DNA of 64,000 nt from Alphaproteobacteria bacterium (GTDB taxonomy: Bacteria; Pseudomonadota; Alphaproteobacteria; UBA828), in contig CBDCCI010000002.1 of the NCBI GenBank assembly GCA_965214705.1, positions 960,001 to 1,024,000 on the forward strand, given 5' to 3'. The position numbers were made by a program, and so were the translations under genes. How positions within the stretch are numbered: the stretch's first letter is position 1; every line of letters begins with the position of its first letter. The notes under the pieces were generated by a model. The model was not told where the DNA came from, made no database searches, and saw nothing but the letters and a program-made list of their open reading frames with translations. Positions 43,961 to 53,678 of this stretch are shown piece after piece.

Positions 43961-45268
43961 GTCAGCCGGCCGACCAGGCTCCGTGGCGAAGCCTGCGCTC
44001 GGCTTCGCGTCAGGCAGCCGCAGATAGGCGAGGCACGCCACCGCCACCAGGGCGGCGAGGAAGGCGAAGAACGCCTGGTAGGCTGCGGCCGGCGCCGCGC
44101 CGTTCGTCGCAGGAAAGGCGCCGACGATGACGCCGCTCACGCCCTGCAGCACCGCCGGCCCGCCCATGAAGGCGATCGCCATGAGCGCCATACCGCGCCC
44201 GGCGAGCCGGTCGGGCAGGAGCGAGCGCGCGTGGCCCGCGAGGATGATGTTGTACGACCCGCAGGCGCCGACCAGAGCGAGGAGGAGGATCACCGCCCAG
44301 GTGGGCAGAGCCGGCAGCGCGGCGAGCAATCCCAAGGCCGCGACGACGACGACGGCAAGGACGAGAATGAGCCACTTGCGCATGTCCAGCCGGCGCTCCA
44401 GGGGGCCGAGCACGAGGTTCGCCACGATCAGCGTGGCAGCCATCACGAGGAGCGCGTTGCCGGCTTCCACCGGCTCGAGACCGTGCCGGTCCGCGAGAAA
44501 GGGCCCGCCCCAGAGGCCGAGGACGGTGATGACCACGGGATAGGACGCAAATCCCATCAGGATGAGCGTGGGGAAGCCCGGCGTCGCCAGCGCAGCGGGG
44601 ACGCCGCGCAGGCTCTCGCGAATCCCCTCCGCCGGCGCCGCGCCACCCGGGTCGGCCGACGGGCGGTCGCGGGCCATCGCGTAGATGGCGATGGCGCCCG
44701 CCGCCGTCAGCCCTGCCGCGCCCCAAAACGCCACGCGCCAGCCGAGGGTCTCCGCAATGGCGGCGAGCGGCGTGGTGGAGAGCAGCCCGCCGGCGCCGCC
44801 AATGGCGATCATCCGCCCCATCCAGGTGCTGAAGGAGGCGGCGGGCGCCCACTGGCCGAAGAGAAAGAGCGAGCCCATCAGCACCACCGAGCAGCCGATG
44901 CCGAGTAGCAGCCGGCCCGCGATCAGCATCGCCTCGCCGTCCGCAAGGCCGTAAAGGATCGAGCCCGCAATCGCGGCGGTGAGCACCACCGGCGCCGTGC
45001 GCCTAGCGCCGAAGCGATCGAACAGCATGCCCACGGGGATCTGCGCCGCGCCGAAGGAGAGGAAGAACATGCCGGTGAGCAGGCCGAGGGCCTCCGGCGA
45101 AAGACCGAACTCGGCGCTCAGCGTCTTGGCGATGACGGCATTGGAGGCGCGGAAGAACTGGCTCAGCACGAACACCGCGCCGAAGCAGACGACGACCGCG
45201 ACCAGCGGATGCAGCAGGCCGGGACGCGCGTCGCCGCTCCCTTGCGGGTTGTCAGTCGGCGAGCGCAC
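43952..45268 (-). CDS. MFS transporter (start uncertain)
   Basis: About 12 TM segments; GMLFDRFGARR (motif A). Confidence 0.85.
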   Translation of the reverse strand: MRSPTDNPQGSGDARPGLLHPLVAVVVCFGAVFVLSQFFRASNAVIAKTLSAEFGLSPEALGLLTGMFFLSFGAAQIPVGMLFDRFGARRTAPVVLTAAIAGSILYGLADGEAMLIAGRLLLGIGCSVVLMGSLFLFGQWAPAASFSTWMGRMIAIGGAGGLLSTTPLAAIAETLGWRVAFWGAAGLTAAGAIAIYAMARDRPSADPGGAAPAEGIRESLRGVPAALATPGFPTLILMGFASYPVVITVLGLWGGPFLADRHGLEPVEAGNALLVMAATLIVANLVLGPLERRLDMRKWLILVLAVVVVAALGLLAALPALPTWAVILLLALVGACGSYNIILAGHARSLLPDRLAGRGMALMAIAFMGGPAVLQGVSGVIVGAFPATNGAAPAAAYQAFFAFLAALVAVACLAYLRLPDAKPSAGFATEPGRPADSA

Positions 45269-46484
45269 CGATCCCCCAGCCGGCAAGCGCGCCCAGGATC
45301 ACCACGGCCCAGGGCGGCACCTTCCAGAACGCGAGCAGCACGAAGGCGGCGAGCCCGAGCGCGAGGTCGGCGGGCGTGCGCACGCCGCCGGTCCAGATCG
45401 GGTCGTAGAAGGCGGCGCCGAGCAGGCCCACCACTGCCGCGTTGACGCCGAGCATCGCGCGTTCCGCCAGCGCGATGCGCCGCAGCCGCTCCCAGAAGGG
45501 GAGTGCGCCCACCACCAGGAGGAACGACGGCAGGAAGACCGCCGCGAGGCAGAGCAGCCCGCCCAGCACGCCGCCCGGCCCGATGCCGGCGACGGCGCCG
45601 AGATAGGCGGCGAAGGTGAAGAGTGGCCCCGGCACCGCCTGGGCCGCGCCGTAGCCGGCGATGAAGGTCTCGTTCGCGACCCAACCGGGCGGCACCACCT
45701 CCGCCTGCAGCAGCGGCAGCAGCACGTGGCCGCCGCCGAAGACCAGCGAGGCGGAGCGGTAGAAGCCGTCCACCAGCCGGAGCGTCTCCGCCGGCCAGGC
45801 GGCGGCGAGGATCGGAAGCGCAACCAGCAGCGCGAGGAAAAGCGCGAGCAGCAGCACCGCCAAGCGCCGGTCCACGGCGATGCCGAGCGAGGCGTCACGG
45901 TCGCCGGCGGCCGGGCGCAGGACAGCCAAGCCGGCGAGCGCACCGGCGGCGATGATCGCGACGTGCGTCACCACCGAGGGCGCCAGCACCGCGGCGATGG
46001 CGGCGAGCACCGCCACCGTGGCACGCGGCGCATCCGGGCAGAGGGTGCGCGCCATGCCCCAGACGGCCTGCGCCACCACCGCTGCGGCGACGACCTTCAG
46101 CCCCTGCAGGGCACCGGCGGGGATCGCCTCCTCGTAGGCCGCGACACCGTAGCCGAAGGCCACCATGAGCACCGCCGAGGGCAGCGTGAAGCCGACCCAC
46201 GCCGCGGCAGCGCCGGGGAGCCCCGCCTTCGCGAGCCCGATGCCGATCCCCACCTGACTGGAGGTCGGCCCCGGCAGCATCTGGCAGAGCGCGACGAGGT
46301 CGGCGTAGGCGCGGTCTTCGATCCAGCGCCGGCGCGCGACGAAGGCCTCGCGGAAGTAGCCGATATGGGCCACCGGCCCGCCGAACGAGGTCAGCCCCAG
46401 CAGGAGAAAGGCCATGAAGACCCGCGTAGTCGGCTCGCGCCCCGCGCCGCTCCCGCCGCCTCCACCGTTCCCGCCCTCGCTCAT
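45252..46484 (-). CDS. chrA: Chromate efflux transporter
   Basis: SFGGPVAH, QMLPGP, VFGGGHV and QAVPGP motifs. Confidence 0.9.
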   Translation of the reverse strand: MSEGGNGGGGGSGAGREPTTRVFMAFLLLGLTSFGGPVAHIGYFREAFVARRRWIEDRAYADLVALCQMLPGPTSSQVGIGIGLAKAGLPGAAAAWVGFTLPSAVLMVAFGYGVAAYEEAIPAGALQGLKVVAAAVVAQAVWGMARTLCPDAPRATVAVLAAIAAVLAPSVVTHVAIIAAGALAGLAVLRPAAGDRDASLGIAVDRRLAVLLLALFLALLVALPILAAAWPAETLRLVDGFYRSASLVFGGGHVLLPLLQAEVVPPGWVANETFIAGYGAAQAVPGPLFTFAAYLGAVAGIGPGGVLGGLLCLAAVFLPSFLLVVGALPFWERLRRIALAERAMLGVNAAVVGLLGAAFYDPIWTGGVRTPADLALGLAAFVLLAFWKVPPWAVVILGALAGWGIGALAD

Positions 46485-46618
46485 GGAAACCGGAAATACG
46501 CCAATTCGCTGGTGCTGACACGTGAAGCTACCGCCTCGGGCCGGACGCGCCCTCAAACTTTGCCGGGCCGGGTGATACGCTCCGCGCAGCGGACGACGCG
46601 GCGGCAGAAAGGCAGCTC

Positions 46619-47290
46619 ATGACAGGCGAAGACGTGCAGGTCGCCCCTTTCGAGGCGGCGCACTGGGACCTCGTGCCGGGGCGGACGGCGCTCGTCGTCA
46701 TCGACGCGCAGAACGATTTTCTGCACGCGGACGGCTGGTATTCTGTGCAGGGCATCGACATCGGCCACATGCAGCGCTGCATCGAGCCGCTGAAGGCGCT
46801 GCTCTTGGCCGCGCGCGCGAAGGGCATCCCCATCGTCTGGACCCGCCACGGCATCCGGGGTGCCGAGGACGGCGGGCCGTTCATGCAGCTCCGCCCCTTC
46901 CTCAAGGACGGCGGGCTCAGGCGCGAGACCTGGGGCTGGGAGGTGCTGGCCGACCTGGAGCCCCAGCCCGAGGACTGGTATGTGGCGAAGACGCGGCTCA
47001 GCGCCTTCTACGGCACGGACCTGGAAGTGGTATTGCGGGGGCTCGGGGCGGAGACGGTGCTGATGACGGGCGTGCTCACCAATCAATGCGTCGCGGCGAC
47101 CTCGAAGGACGCGATGTTCCGCGACTTCAAGCCCATCGTGATCGAGGAGTGCACGGGGACGACAATGCCGCATCTGCATGAGCCGGCGATCGAGATGATG
47201 CGGGTCGGCTGGGCCGAGGTCCGCGATCTGGAGGCCGCGCTAAGCGAGATCAGGCAAATGGCGCCTGCCCGCATGGAGGACCCCCGGTAA
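46619..47290 (+). CDS. Isochorismatase-family cysteine hydrolase
   Basis: VIDAQNDF (Asp), KTRLSAF (Lys) and GVLTNQCV (Cys) motifs. Confidence 0.88.
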   Translation: MTGEDVQVAPFEAAHWDLVPGRTALVVIDAQNDFLHADGWYSVQGIDIGHMQRCIEPLKALLLAARAKGIPIVWTRHGIRGAEDGGPFMQLRPFLKDGGLRRETWGWEVLADLEPQPEDWYVAKTRLSAFYGTDLEVVLRGLGAETVLMTGVLTNQCVAATSKDAMFRDFKPIVIEECTGTTMPHLHEPAIEMMRVGWAEVRDLEAALSEIRQMAPARMEDPR

Positions 47291-49737
47291 TGGCTCAGGA
47301 TCTTCCCCGTTCGGCCCGTGTCGTCATCGTCGGCGGCGGGGTGGTGGGCTGCTCCGTCGCCTATCACCTGGCGCGCGCGGGCGTGAACGATGTGATGCTG
47401 CTGGAGCGCCGCGAGCTTACCTGCGGCACCACCTGGCACGCCGCCGGCCTCATCGGCCAGCTGCGCCCGTCCAAGCGCATGACCGAGCTCGCCAAGTACA
47501 CGGCCGAGCTCTACACCGGTCTCGAGGCGGAGACCGGCCAGGCGACCGGCTTCAAGCAGAACGGCTCGATCTCGCTCGCCACTCACGCGGGCCGGATGGA
47601 GGAGCTGAAGCGCAGCGCCTCGATGGCCAAGGTGTTCGATCTCCGCGTCGACGTGCTCGGCCCGGACGAGATCAAGGAGCGCTACCCGCTCATCACCGTC
47701 GACGACGTGGTGGGCGGGATCTTCATCCCCTCCGACGGCCAGACCAACCCCATCGATGTGAGCCGCGCGCTCGCCATGGGGGCGCGGGACGGCGGGGTGC
47801 TGGTCCGCGAGAACGTGCCTGTCACCGCCATCCGCCACGACGGCGAACGGGTCACGGGCGTCGAGACGCCGGGAGGCCCGATCGCGGCGGAGACCGTGGT
47901 GCTGTCGGCCGGCATGTGGACCCGCGAGCTCGCGGCCACCATCGGCGTCCACGTGCCGCTGCACGCCTGCGAGCACTTCTACATCATGACCGATCCGTTC
48001 GAGGGCGTGACGCCGGACCTGCCCGTACTGCGCGATTACGACGGCTGCGCCTACTACAAGGAGGACGCCGGCAAGATCCTGCTCGGCGCCTTCGAGCCCG
48101 ACGCCAAGCCCTGGGGCATGGACGGCATCCCCGAGGACTTCTGCTTCGACCAGCTGCCGGACGACTTCGAGCACTTCGAGCCGGTGCTGATGCACGCGCT
48201 GAAGCGGATGCCGGCGCTGGCGGACGCCGGCATCCAGACCTTCTTTTGCGGGCCCGAGAGCTTCACGCCGGACGACCGCTACCACCTCGGCGAGGCGCCG
48301 GGGCTCTCGGGCTGCTACATCGCGGCCGGGTTCAACTCCATCGGCATCCAGTCCGCCGGCGGCGCAGGCAAGGTGCTGGCCGAGTGCATCAAGACCGGCC
48401 GGCCGCTCCTCGACATGTGGGACGTAGACATCCGCCGCAACCTGCCCTTCCAGACCAACCGGCGCTATCTGCGCGAGCGGGTGAGCGAGACCCTGGGCCT
48501 GCTCTACGACGACCACTGGCCCTTCCGCCAATTCGCGACCGCGCGGGGGGTGCGCCGCTCGCCCTTCCACGACCGCCTCGCGGCGCGCGGCGCCTGCCAC
48601 GGCGAGGCCTTCGGCTGGGAGCGGCCCAATTGGTACGCGGCGGAAGGCATGGAGCCCCGCTACGAATACAGCTTCGGCCGGCAAAACTGGTTCGAAGCAA
48701 GCGCCGCGGAGCACCGCGCAGTACGGAAGGGCGTGGGCCTCTTCGATCAGACCTCGTTCGCCAAGTTCCGCCTCCAGGGCCGCGATGCTGCGCAGGTCTT
48801 GGGGCGGGTTTGCGCCAACGAGGTGGGCGTGCCGCCGGGCCGCATCGTCTATACCCAGTGGCTCAACGACGTGGGCGGCATCGAGGCCGACCTCACCGTG
48901 ACGCGGCTTGCCGAGGACGATTACCTGATCGTGACCTCGGGCGAGTTCCAGGTGCGGGACGCGCTCTGGCTCCAGCGCCACACGCCGGATGCCGCGCACG
49001 CGGTGCTCACCGACGTGACTTCGGGCCTCGCAGTGCTCGGCGTCATGGGCCCGCTGGCGCGAGACCTGCTGCAGTCGCTGAGCCCCGACGACCTCGGCAA
49101 CGAATCCTTCCCCTTCGGCACCAGCCGCGAGATCGAGCTTGGCCTGGGGTACGCGCGCGCCTCGCGCATCACCTACGTGGGCGAGCTCGGTTGGGAGCTC
49201 TACATCCCCACCGAGTTTGCCACCGGCGTCTACGACGTGCTGGTCGAGGCGGGGGAGGACGTAGGGCTCCGCCACGTCGGCATGCACGCCATGAACTCGC
49301 TCAGGATCGAGAAGGCTTACCGCCACTACGGCCACGACATTAGCGACGCCGACACGCCGCTGGAGGCGGGCCTCGGCTTCGCGGTCAAGCTCGACAAGCC
49401 CGAGCCCTTCATCGGACGCGACGCGCTGCAGCGCCAGCGGGAACAAGGCGTGCGCCAGCGGCTGGTCCAGTTCCTGCTCGAAGACCCGGAGCCGCTGCTC
49501 TACCACAACGAGCCCATCTGGCGGGACGATGCGATCTGCGGCTATGTGCGCTCAGGGATGTACGGCCACACCCTCGGCGGTGCCGTCGGCCTCGGCTACG
49601 TGGAGAATGCGGCGGGCGTCGACGCCAACTACGTGACCGCCGGCCGCTACGAGATCGAGGTCGCGGGCGTCCGCTACCCGGCCAAGGCCTCCCTCCGCCC
49701 CCTCTACGACCCCACGTCCAGCCGCATCAAGGCCTAG
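47290..49737 (+). CDS. FAD-dependent oxidoreductase/GcvT fusion (dimethylglycine/sarcosine dehydrogenase-like)
   Basis: GGGVVG, GTTWHAAG, ESFTPD, YVGELGWEL and LRIEK motifs; its TAG stop forms part of the IS1380 target CTAG. Confidence 0.9.
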   Translation: MAQDLPRSARVVIVGGGVVGCSVAYHLARAGVNDVMLLERRELTCGTTWHAAGLIGQLRPSKRMTELAKYTAELYTGLEAETGQATGFKQNGSISLATHAGRMEELKRSASMAKVFDLRVDVLGPDEIKERYPLITVDDVVGGIFIPSDGQTNPIDVSRALAMGARDGGVLVRENVPVTAIRHDGERVTGVETPGGPIAAETVVLSAGMWTRELAATIGVHVPLHACEHFYIMTDPFEGVTPDLPVLRDYDGCAYYKEDAGKILLGAFEPDAKPWGMDGIPEDFCFDQLPDDFEHFEPVLMHALKRMPALADAGIQTFFCGPESFTPDDRYHLGEAPGLSGCYIAAGFNSIGIQSAGGAGKVLAECIKTGRPLLDMWDVDIRRNLPFQTNRRYLRERVSETLGLLYDDHWPFRQFATARGVRRSPFHDRLAARGACHGEAFGWERPNWYAAEGMEPRYEYSFGRQNWFEASAAEHRAVRKGVGLFDQTSFAKFRLQGRDAAQVLGRVCANEVGVPPGRIVYTQWLNDVGGIEADLTVTRLAEDDYLIVTSGEFQVRDALWLQRHTPDAAHAVLTDVTSGLAVLGVMGPLARDLLQSLSPDDLGNESFPFGTSREIELGLGYARASRITYVGELGWELYIPTEFATGVYDVLVEAGEDVGLRHVGMHAMNSLRIEKAYRHYGHDISDADTPLEAGLGFAVKLDKPEPFIGRDALQRQREQGVRQRLVQFLLEDPEPLLYHNEPIWRDDAICGYVRSGMYGHTLGGAVGLGYVENAAGVDANYVTAGRYEIEVAGVRYPAKASLRPLYDPTSSRIKA

Positions 49738-49758
49738 CCCGGATTATTCATGGCAGGT

Positions 49759-51092
49759 CACTAGTGTCCCAACGTTAGCGGAATAAGTTCAATTGGTTAG
49801 GGTGGTCTAGTTGGCCGATTTGCAGGCCCTCTGGGTCAAACAGTTGATAGAGAGGCGTTTTCTCGAACACCGTAAGGCTCAGGATCTGTAGAATTGTGTA
49901 GAGGCTCTGCTCCAGCTTCAGCCGCTTGCGGATGATGGCGACCAGGACATAGACCGACACCGCGATCCAGATCTGGGTCTTCACCGCGTTCTCCGAGGTG
50001 CCGAAGAAGGACTTGATCCGGAGGTGCTGCTTGATCCATTTGAAGAACAACTCGATGTGCCAGCGGGCACGGTAGAGTTCGGCGATCGTCAGAGCCGGCA
50101 GAACAAAGTTGTTGGTGAGGAAGACGAGGGTTTTGTCGCGCTCGGCATCTCGGTACCGGATCCGCCGTAGCTTGTCGGGATAATCGGTCGCGCTGTTGAC
50201 GCCGCTTGGCCGTACGACCTGATCGCAGATGAGACCGCGGGTGCGATCGACAGGGCGGGAGTAGAGGCGGCGGAGCTTGGTGTTGGATTTCGCGCGCAGG
50301 ACAAAGAAGCTGCCACTGTGATGCAGGTGATGGAGACGGCTGAAGTCGAGGTAGGCCCGGTCCATGATATAGAAGGCTCCGGCCTCCGGCAGCAGCATGT
50401 CCATCACATTGACGTCGTGGAGTTTTCCGTCGGAGATGTGGATGAAGGCGGGGATGTGGCCGTGCAGGTCGAGCAGGGTGTGGAGCTTGACGGCGCCCTT
50501 TGTCTTGCGGAACGGAGCCCACGGGAACAGCGACAGGCAGAGGTCGATTGTCGAGGAGTCGAGGGCATAGACGGTGTTATCAAGATCAAGGCCGAGCGTA
50601 TTGTCGTCGGCGTAGAGGTTTCGGGCGATGTGGATGAGATGTTGAGCGAAGTCGGCGTAGATCTGCCATTCGCGAACGGCGTTGGCATTGGCGAGGGTGT
50701 TGCGCGAGACCCTGCCACGGATCCCCATGTGATAGAGCTTTGTGGGTTGAACGCGCAGGCAGGTCTCGATGTCGCGCAAGCTGGCCCGATAAGTGAGCTG
50801 AGCGAAGGCCATGCATCGGTACTGATCCGCGCAGGTGAACGACTTGATCTTGCGGTTTCCGTTGTAACGGGCCACGCAGCGACGGAAACTGTGCCAGGGT
50901 AGGTGATCCACGATTTGCGCGAAGACCAGCTTGCCAGAATACATCCGCCATCCTCTCCTGATACATGTTGGACAGGAAAAGCGTGCCGAACCGGCGCTAC
51001 GGTCTCAAGTCGGTGACTCCCTTGAACAGGATTTCTCGAACGAATATCAATCTGTTAACCGCACCAGCTTCGAAAACGTTGGGACACTAGTG
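49759..51092 (-). mobile_element. IS4-family insertion sequence (1334 bp)
   Basis: 18-bp perfect IRs CACTAGTGTCCCAACGTT; 9-bp duplication ATGGCAGGT (49750-49758 / 51093-51101). Confidence 0.93.
49775..50944 (-). CDS. IS4-family transposase (DUF4372 + DDE)
   Basis: FAQLTYRASLRDIE, ALDSSTI (D), MDRAY (D) and YRARWHIELFFKWIKQ (YREK) motifs. Confidence 0.92.
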   Translation of the reverse strand: MYSGKLVFAQIVDHLPWHSFRRCVARYNGNRKIKSFTCADQYRCMAFAQLTYRASLRDIETCLRVQPTKLYHMGIRGRVSRNTLANANAVREWQIYADFAQHLIHIARNLYADDNTLGLDLDNTVYALDSSTIDLCLSLFPWAPFRKTKGAVKLHTLLDLHGHIPAFIHISDGKLHDVNVMDMLLPEAGAFYIMDRAYLDFSRLHHLHHSGSFFVLRAKSNTKLRRLYSRPVDRTRGLICDQVVRPSGVNSATDYPDKLRRIRYRDAERDKTLVFLTNNFVLPALTIAELYRARWHIELFFKWIKQHLRIKSFFGTSENAVKTQIWIAVSVYVLVAIIRKRLKLEQSLYTILQILSLTVFEKTPLYQLFDPEGLQIGQLDHPNQLNLFR

Positions 51093-51488
51093 ATGGCAGG
51101 TCTGATTTTGGGGTGGCGAACGTAGCGTAAGCCGTTGCCATCGGGTAGGAATTCGTTGTCCGAGCGTCTTCCTCTCCGAGCCACGCCACGCCACGCCCGC
51201 CATGACCGACGATAGCCTTCTCCCCTTCGATCTGCCAGCCGTCGCGCGCAAGAAGGTGAGCGCCGCCTTCGACGGCGGCCTGATCTCGTCTGACGGCGGC
51301 CTCGTCCTGCTGCGCGAAGCGGAACGCCGCTTGCGTCTCGCCGAGACCCTGGCGGGCTGCATCCGGGACCGGCGCAATCAGGCGCAGGTGATCCACTCGC
51401 TCTCGGCCATGCTCCGCTTTCGCATGTTGGCCATCGCCTGCGGGTACGAGGACGCCGACGACTGCGACACGCTGCGCGCGGACCCTCT

Positions 51489-53648
51489 CCCAAGTTGGCA
51501 CTTTTCCGCTGCCTGTGTTCCCTATTGGTTTGATTCAACGCGATATTTTTCTCGGTCGATTCCAACATGGCCCCACATTTTGTGAGATTCTGTCAGCTCA
51601 TCAGACGGGTCCTCGTGCGGTGGATGGCGGGGTCCACGCCCGCCGCCGAGGAGATTGCGGCAACCTCGGCGGCCGGGCGCGTGTCCTGGCGGTTGACGAT
51701 CAAGGTGCCGTCGGTCTGGCGCAGGCGCGTGGTGATCCGCACCCAGGTCCGCATGCTCTCGCGGATCGACGCCCAGCACTTGTGGATGCCGCGCGCGGCC
51801 AGCCGGGTACGGATCAGATGCACGGCGTGGTAGGCCAGCACGGCGATCAGCAGGTGGGCCGCGATGCGCCGGTCGAGCTGGTGCCAGATCGGGCGAAGGC
51901 CGAGCTCGGATTTCAGGCTCCGGAATGTCGCCTCGATATCCGTGATCCGCCAGTACGTCCGCAGGACCGTCTCGATGTCCCAGTCGACGTGGCTGGTGCG
52001 CAGCACATAGGCACCGGCGCCCTCATCGGCCTCGTCGTATCGCGGCCTGCGCTTGAAGCGCACGGCGGTGGCATTGGGGCCGGTTTTCGCCCTCTCGACC
52101 GTGATCTCGTAGTGCCTGGCGACGGCGGAGAAGCGCTGCTTGAGGCGGCCTATGCTCTCCAGCACCTTGTCGTAGCGCTTGAGGCGGCCCTTGACCGGGA
52201 GGCCGCCGTGGAGCCTTTCCAGCGCCGCCTCGAAGCGGTTCCGCCTCAGGCCGATGATCGCGTTCTCGGCCTTCTTCTTGCCCTCGCTGACGACGTAGAG
52301 CCGCGCCTCGCCGTCCTCGCTGGCAAGCCGCCAGGCCCGCACCTCGTGGCGCGCGCTGGTGATCAGCAGGGCCTCGGGTCCGCCCTCGGGCGGCGCAGGC
52401 CTGGCACCGCGGCTGACCGCGATCCAGTCGTAGCCCTGCTCGCCCAGCCACGCGATGTTTTTCTCGGTGGCGATGCCCGCGTCCATGACCACCGTGGGCT
52501 TCGGCGCCGTGCCGCCGCACACCGCCTCGAGCCGCGCCAGCGCCTCGTGCAGCGTGCCCGGCTCGCTCACGTTGCCCGGCAGGATCTCGCAACTGCGCGG
52601 GAAGCCCGCGCCGTCGAGCGCCAGCGCCAGCGTGATGAGGGGACAGTCGTCGCGCTTCTGCTTGGAGCGCCCGAACCTGGGAAGCTCGCCGCCCGTGTGG
52701 CCGTGGTAGTGGACGTTGGTGAGATCGTAGAAGGCGATCGTCTCGGGCAGGTCGAGCAGTGCGCGCTCACGGTTGAACAGCTCCCGCTGGATGGCGGCGC
52801 GGTGGCGCCAGAGCAGGTCGCCGATGCGGTAGAGCGTCTTGCGCCGCAGCGCCTTGCGGTCGCCCTCCAGGCCCAGGAGCTCGGCGGCCGCGCTGTCGTG
52901 GCGGAGCCAGCGGCTGGTATCACGCTCGCTGGCGGGATGGACCATCCTGGCGACGATCAGCGCGCTGGCGATGCGCCCGTCGCGGCCCTTGATGTCGAGG
53001 CCGTGGAGGATTTCGGCGAAGCCGAGGGCGTCGAGGGCCTTGAGGCACAGGCGCTCGCAGCCGACCGTGCGCGGGTTCTCGTGCTCCAGGGTATCGAGGT
53101 CGACGGTGGCGATGTCGGGCTTGCGCGCCTCTTCCTGCATCGCCTCGACGCGGAACCCCCTGGCCCTGAGCTTGGCGACGATGTCCTCGGCTGCGGCCCG
53201 CACATCCGCCTCGCCCTCGAACAGCGGCGGCTTGCCGTGAAGCAGCGCCTCGGCGAGTTCGGTGACGGCCTTCCACTTCTCGCGCGGCACCGGATAGTCG
53301 GTGCCGAGATTGAGCAGCGTCCTGTGGCGCACCTTGTCGCCGACGCGCTGGGCGAGCACGAGGCGATGGCTTCGGACCGGCTGGCCGGCCTTGTCGGTGT
53401 GTGTCCTGGTTGCCTTGATGTACATGGCGGCGCCGTTTCTGCGATGCCTGTTTCGCATACACGGCGTTCGCGGCATCTGGCAAGAGGGATATCGACTCAA
53501 CTCCAAAGTCCTGGCCCCACAATTGGCTTCCAGGACCACGAATGGCAAATGTGGGTCTCAGGTGTCCTCCAACCCCAACATCTAGTGGTTCAGCGCCGCA
53601 AAACTGGCTCGAACAGGCTCGGCTGGTCGGAAAAAGTGCCAACTTGGG
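51489..53648 (-). mobile_element. IS1634-family insertion sequence, copy 2 (2160 bp)
   Basis: Same IRs and identical ORF translations as copy 1, inverted; 4-bp duplication CTCT (51485-51488 / 53649-53652). Confidence 0.93.
51593..53425 (-). CDS. IS1634-family DDE transposase
   Basis: Translation identical to 7545-9377. Confidence 0.9.
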   Translation of the reverse strand: MYIKATRTHTDKAGQPVRSHRLVLAQRVGDKVRHRTLLNLGTDYPVPREKWKAVTELAEALLHGKPPLFEGEADVRAAAEDIVAKLRARGFRVEAMQEEARKPDIATVDLDTLEHENPRTVGCERLCLKALDALGFAEILHGLDIKGRDGRIASALIVARMVHPASERDTSRWLRHDSAAAELLGLEGDRKALRRKTLYRIGDLLWRHRAAIQRELFNRERALLDLPETIAFYDLTNVHYHGHTGGELPRFGRSKQKRDDCPLITLALALDGAGFPRSCEILPGNVSEPGTLHEALARLEAVCGGTAPKPTVVMDAGIATEKNIAWLGEQGYDWIAVSRGARPAPPEGGPEALLITSARHEVRAWRLASEDGEARLYVVSEGKKKAENAIIGLRRNRFEAALERLHGGLPVKGRLKRYDKVLESIGRLKQRFSAVARHYEITVERAKTGPNATAVRFKRRPRYDEADEGAGAYVLRTSHVDWDIETVLRTYWRITDIEATFRSLKSELGLRPIWHQLDRRIAAHLLIAVLAYHAVHLIRTRLAARGIHKCWASIRESMRTWVRITTRLRQTDGTLIVNRQDTRPAAEVAAISSAAGVDPAIHRTRTRLMS

Positions 53649-53678
53649 CTCTGTTCAAGCTGGCCTCAGGCCGGGCGC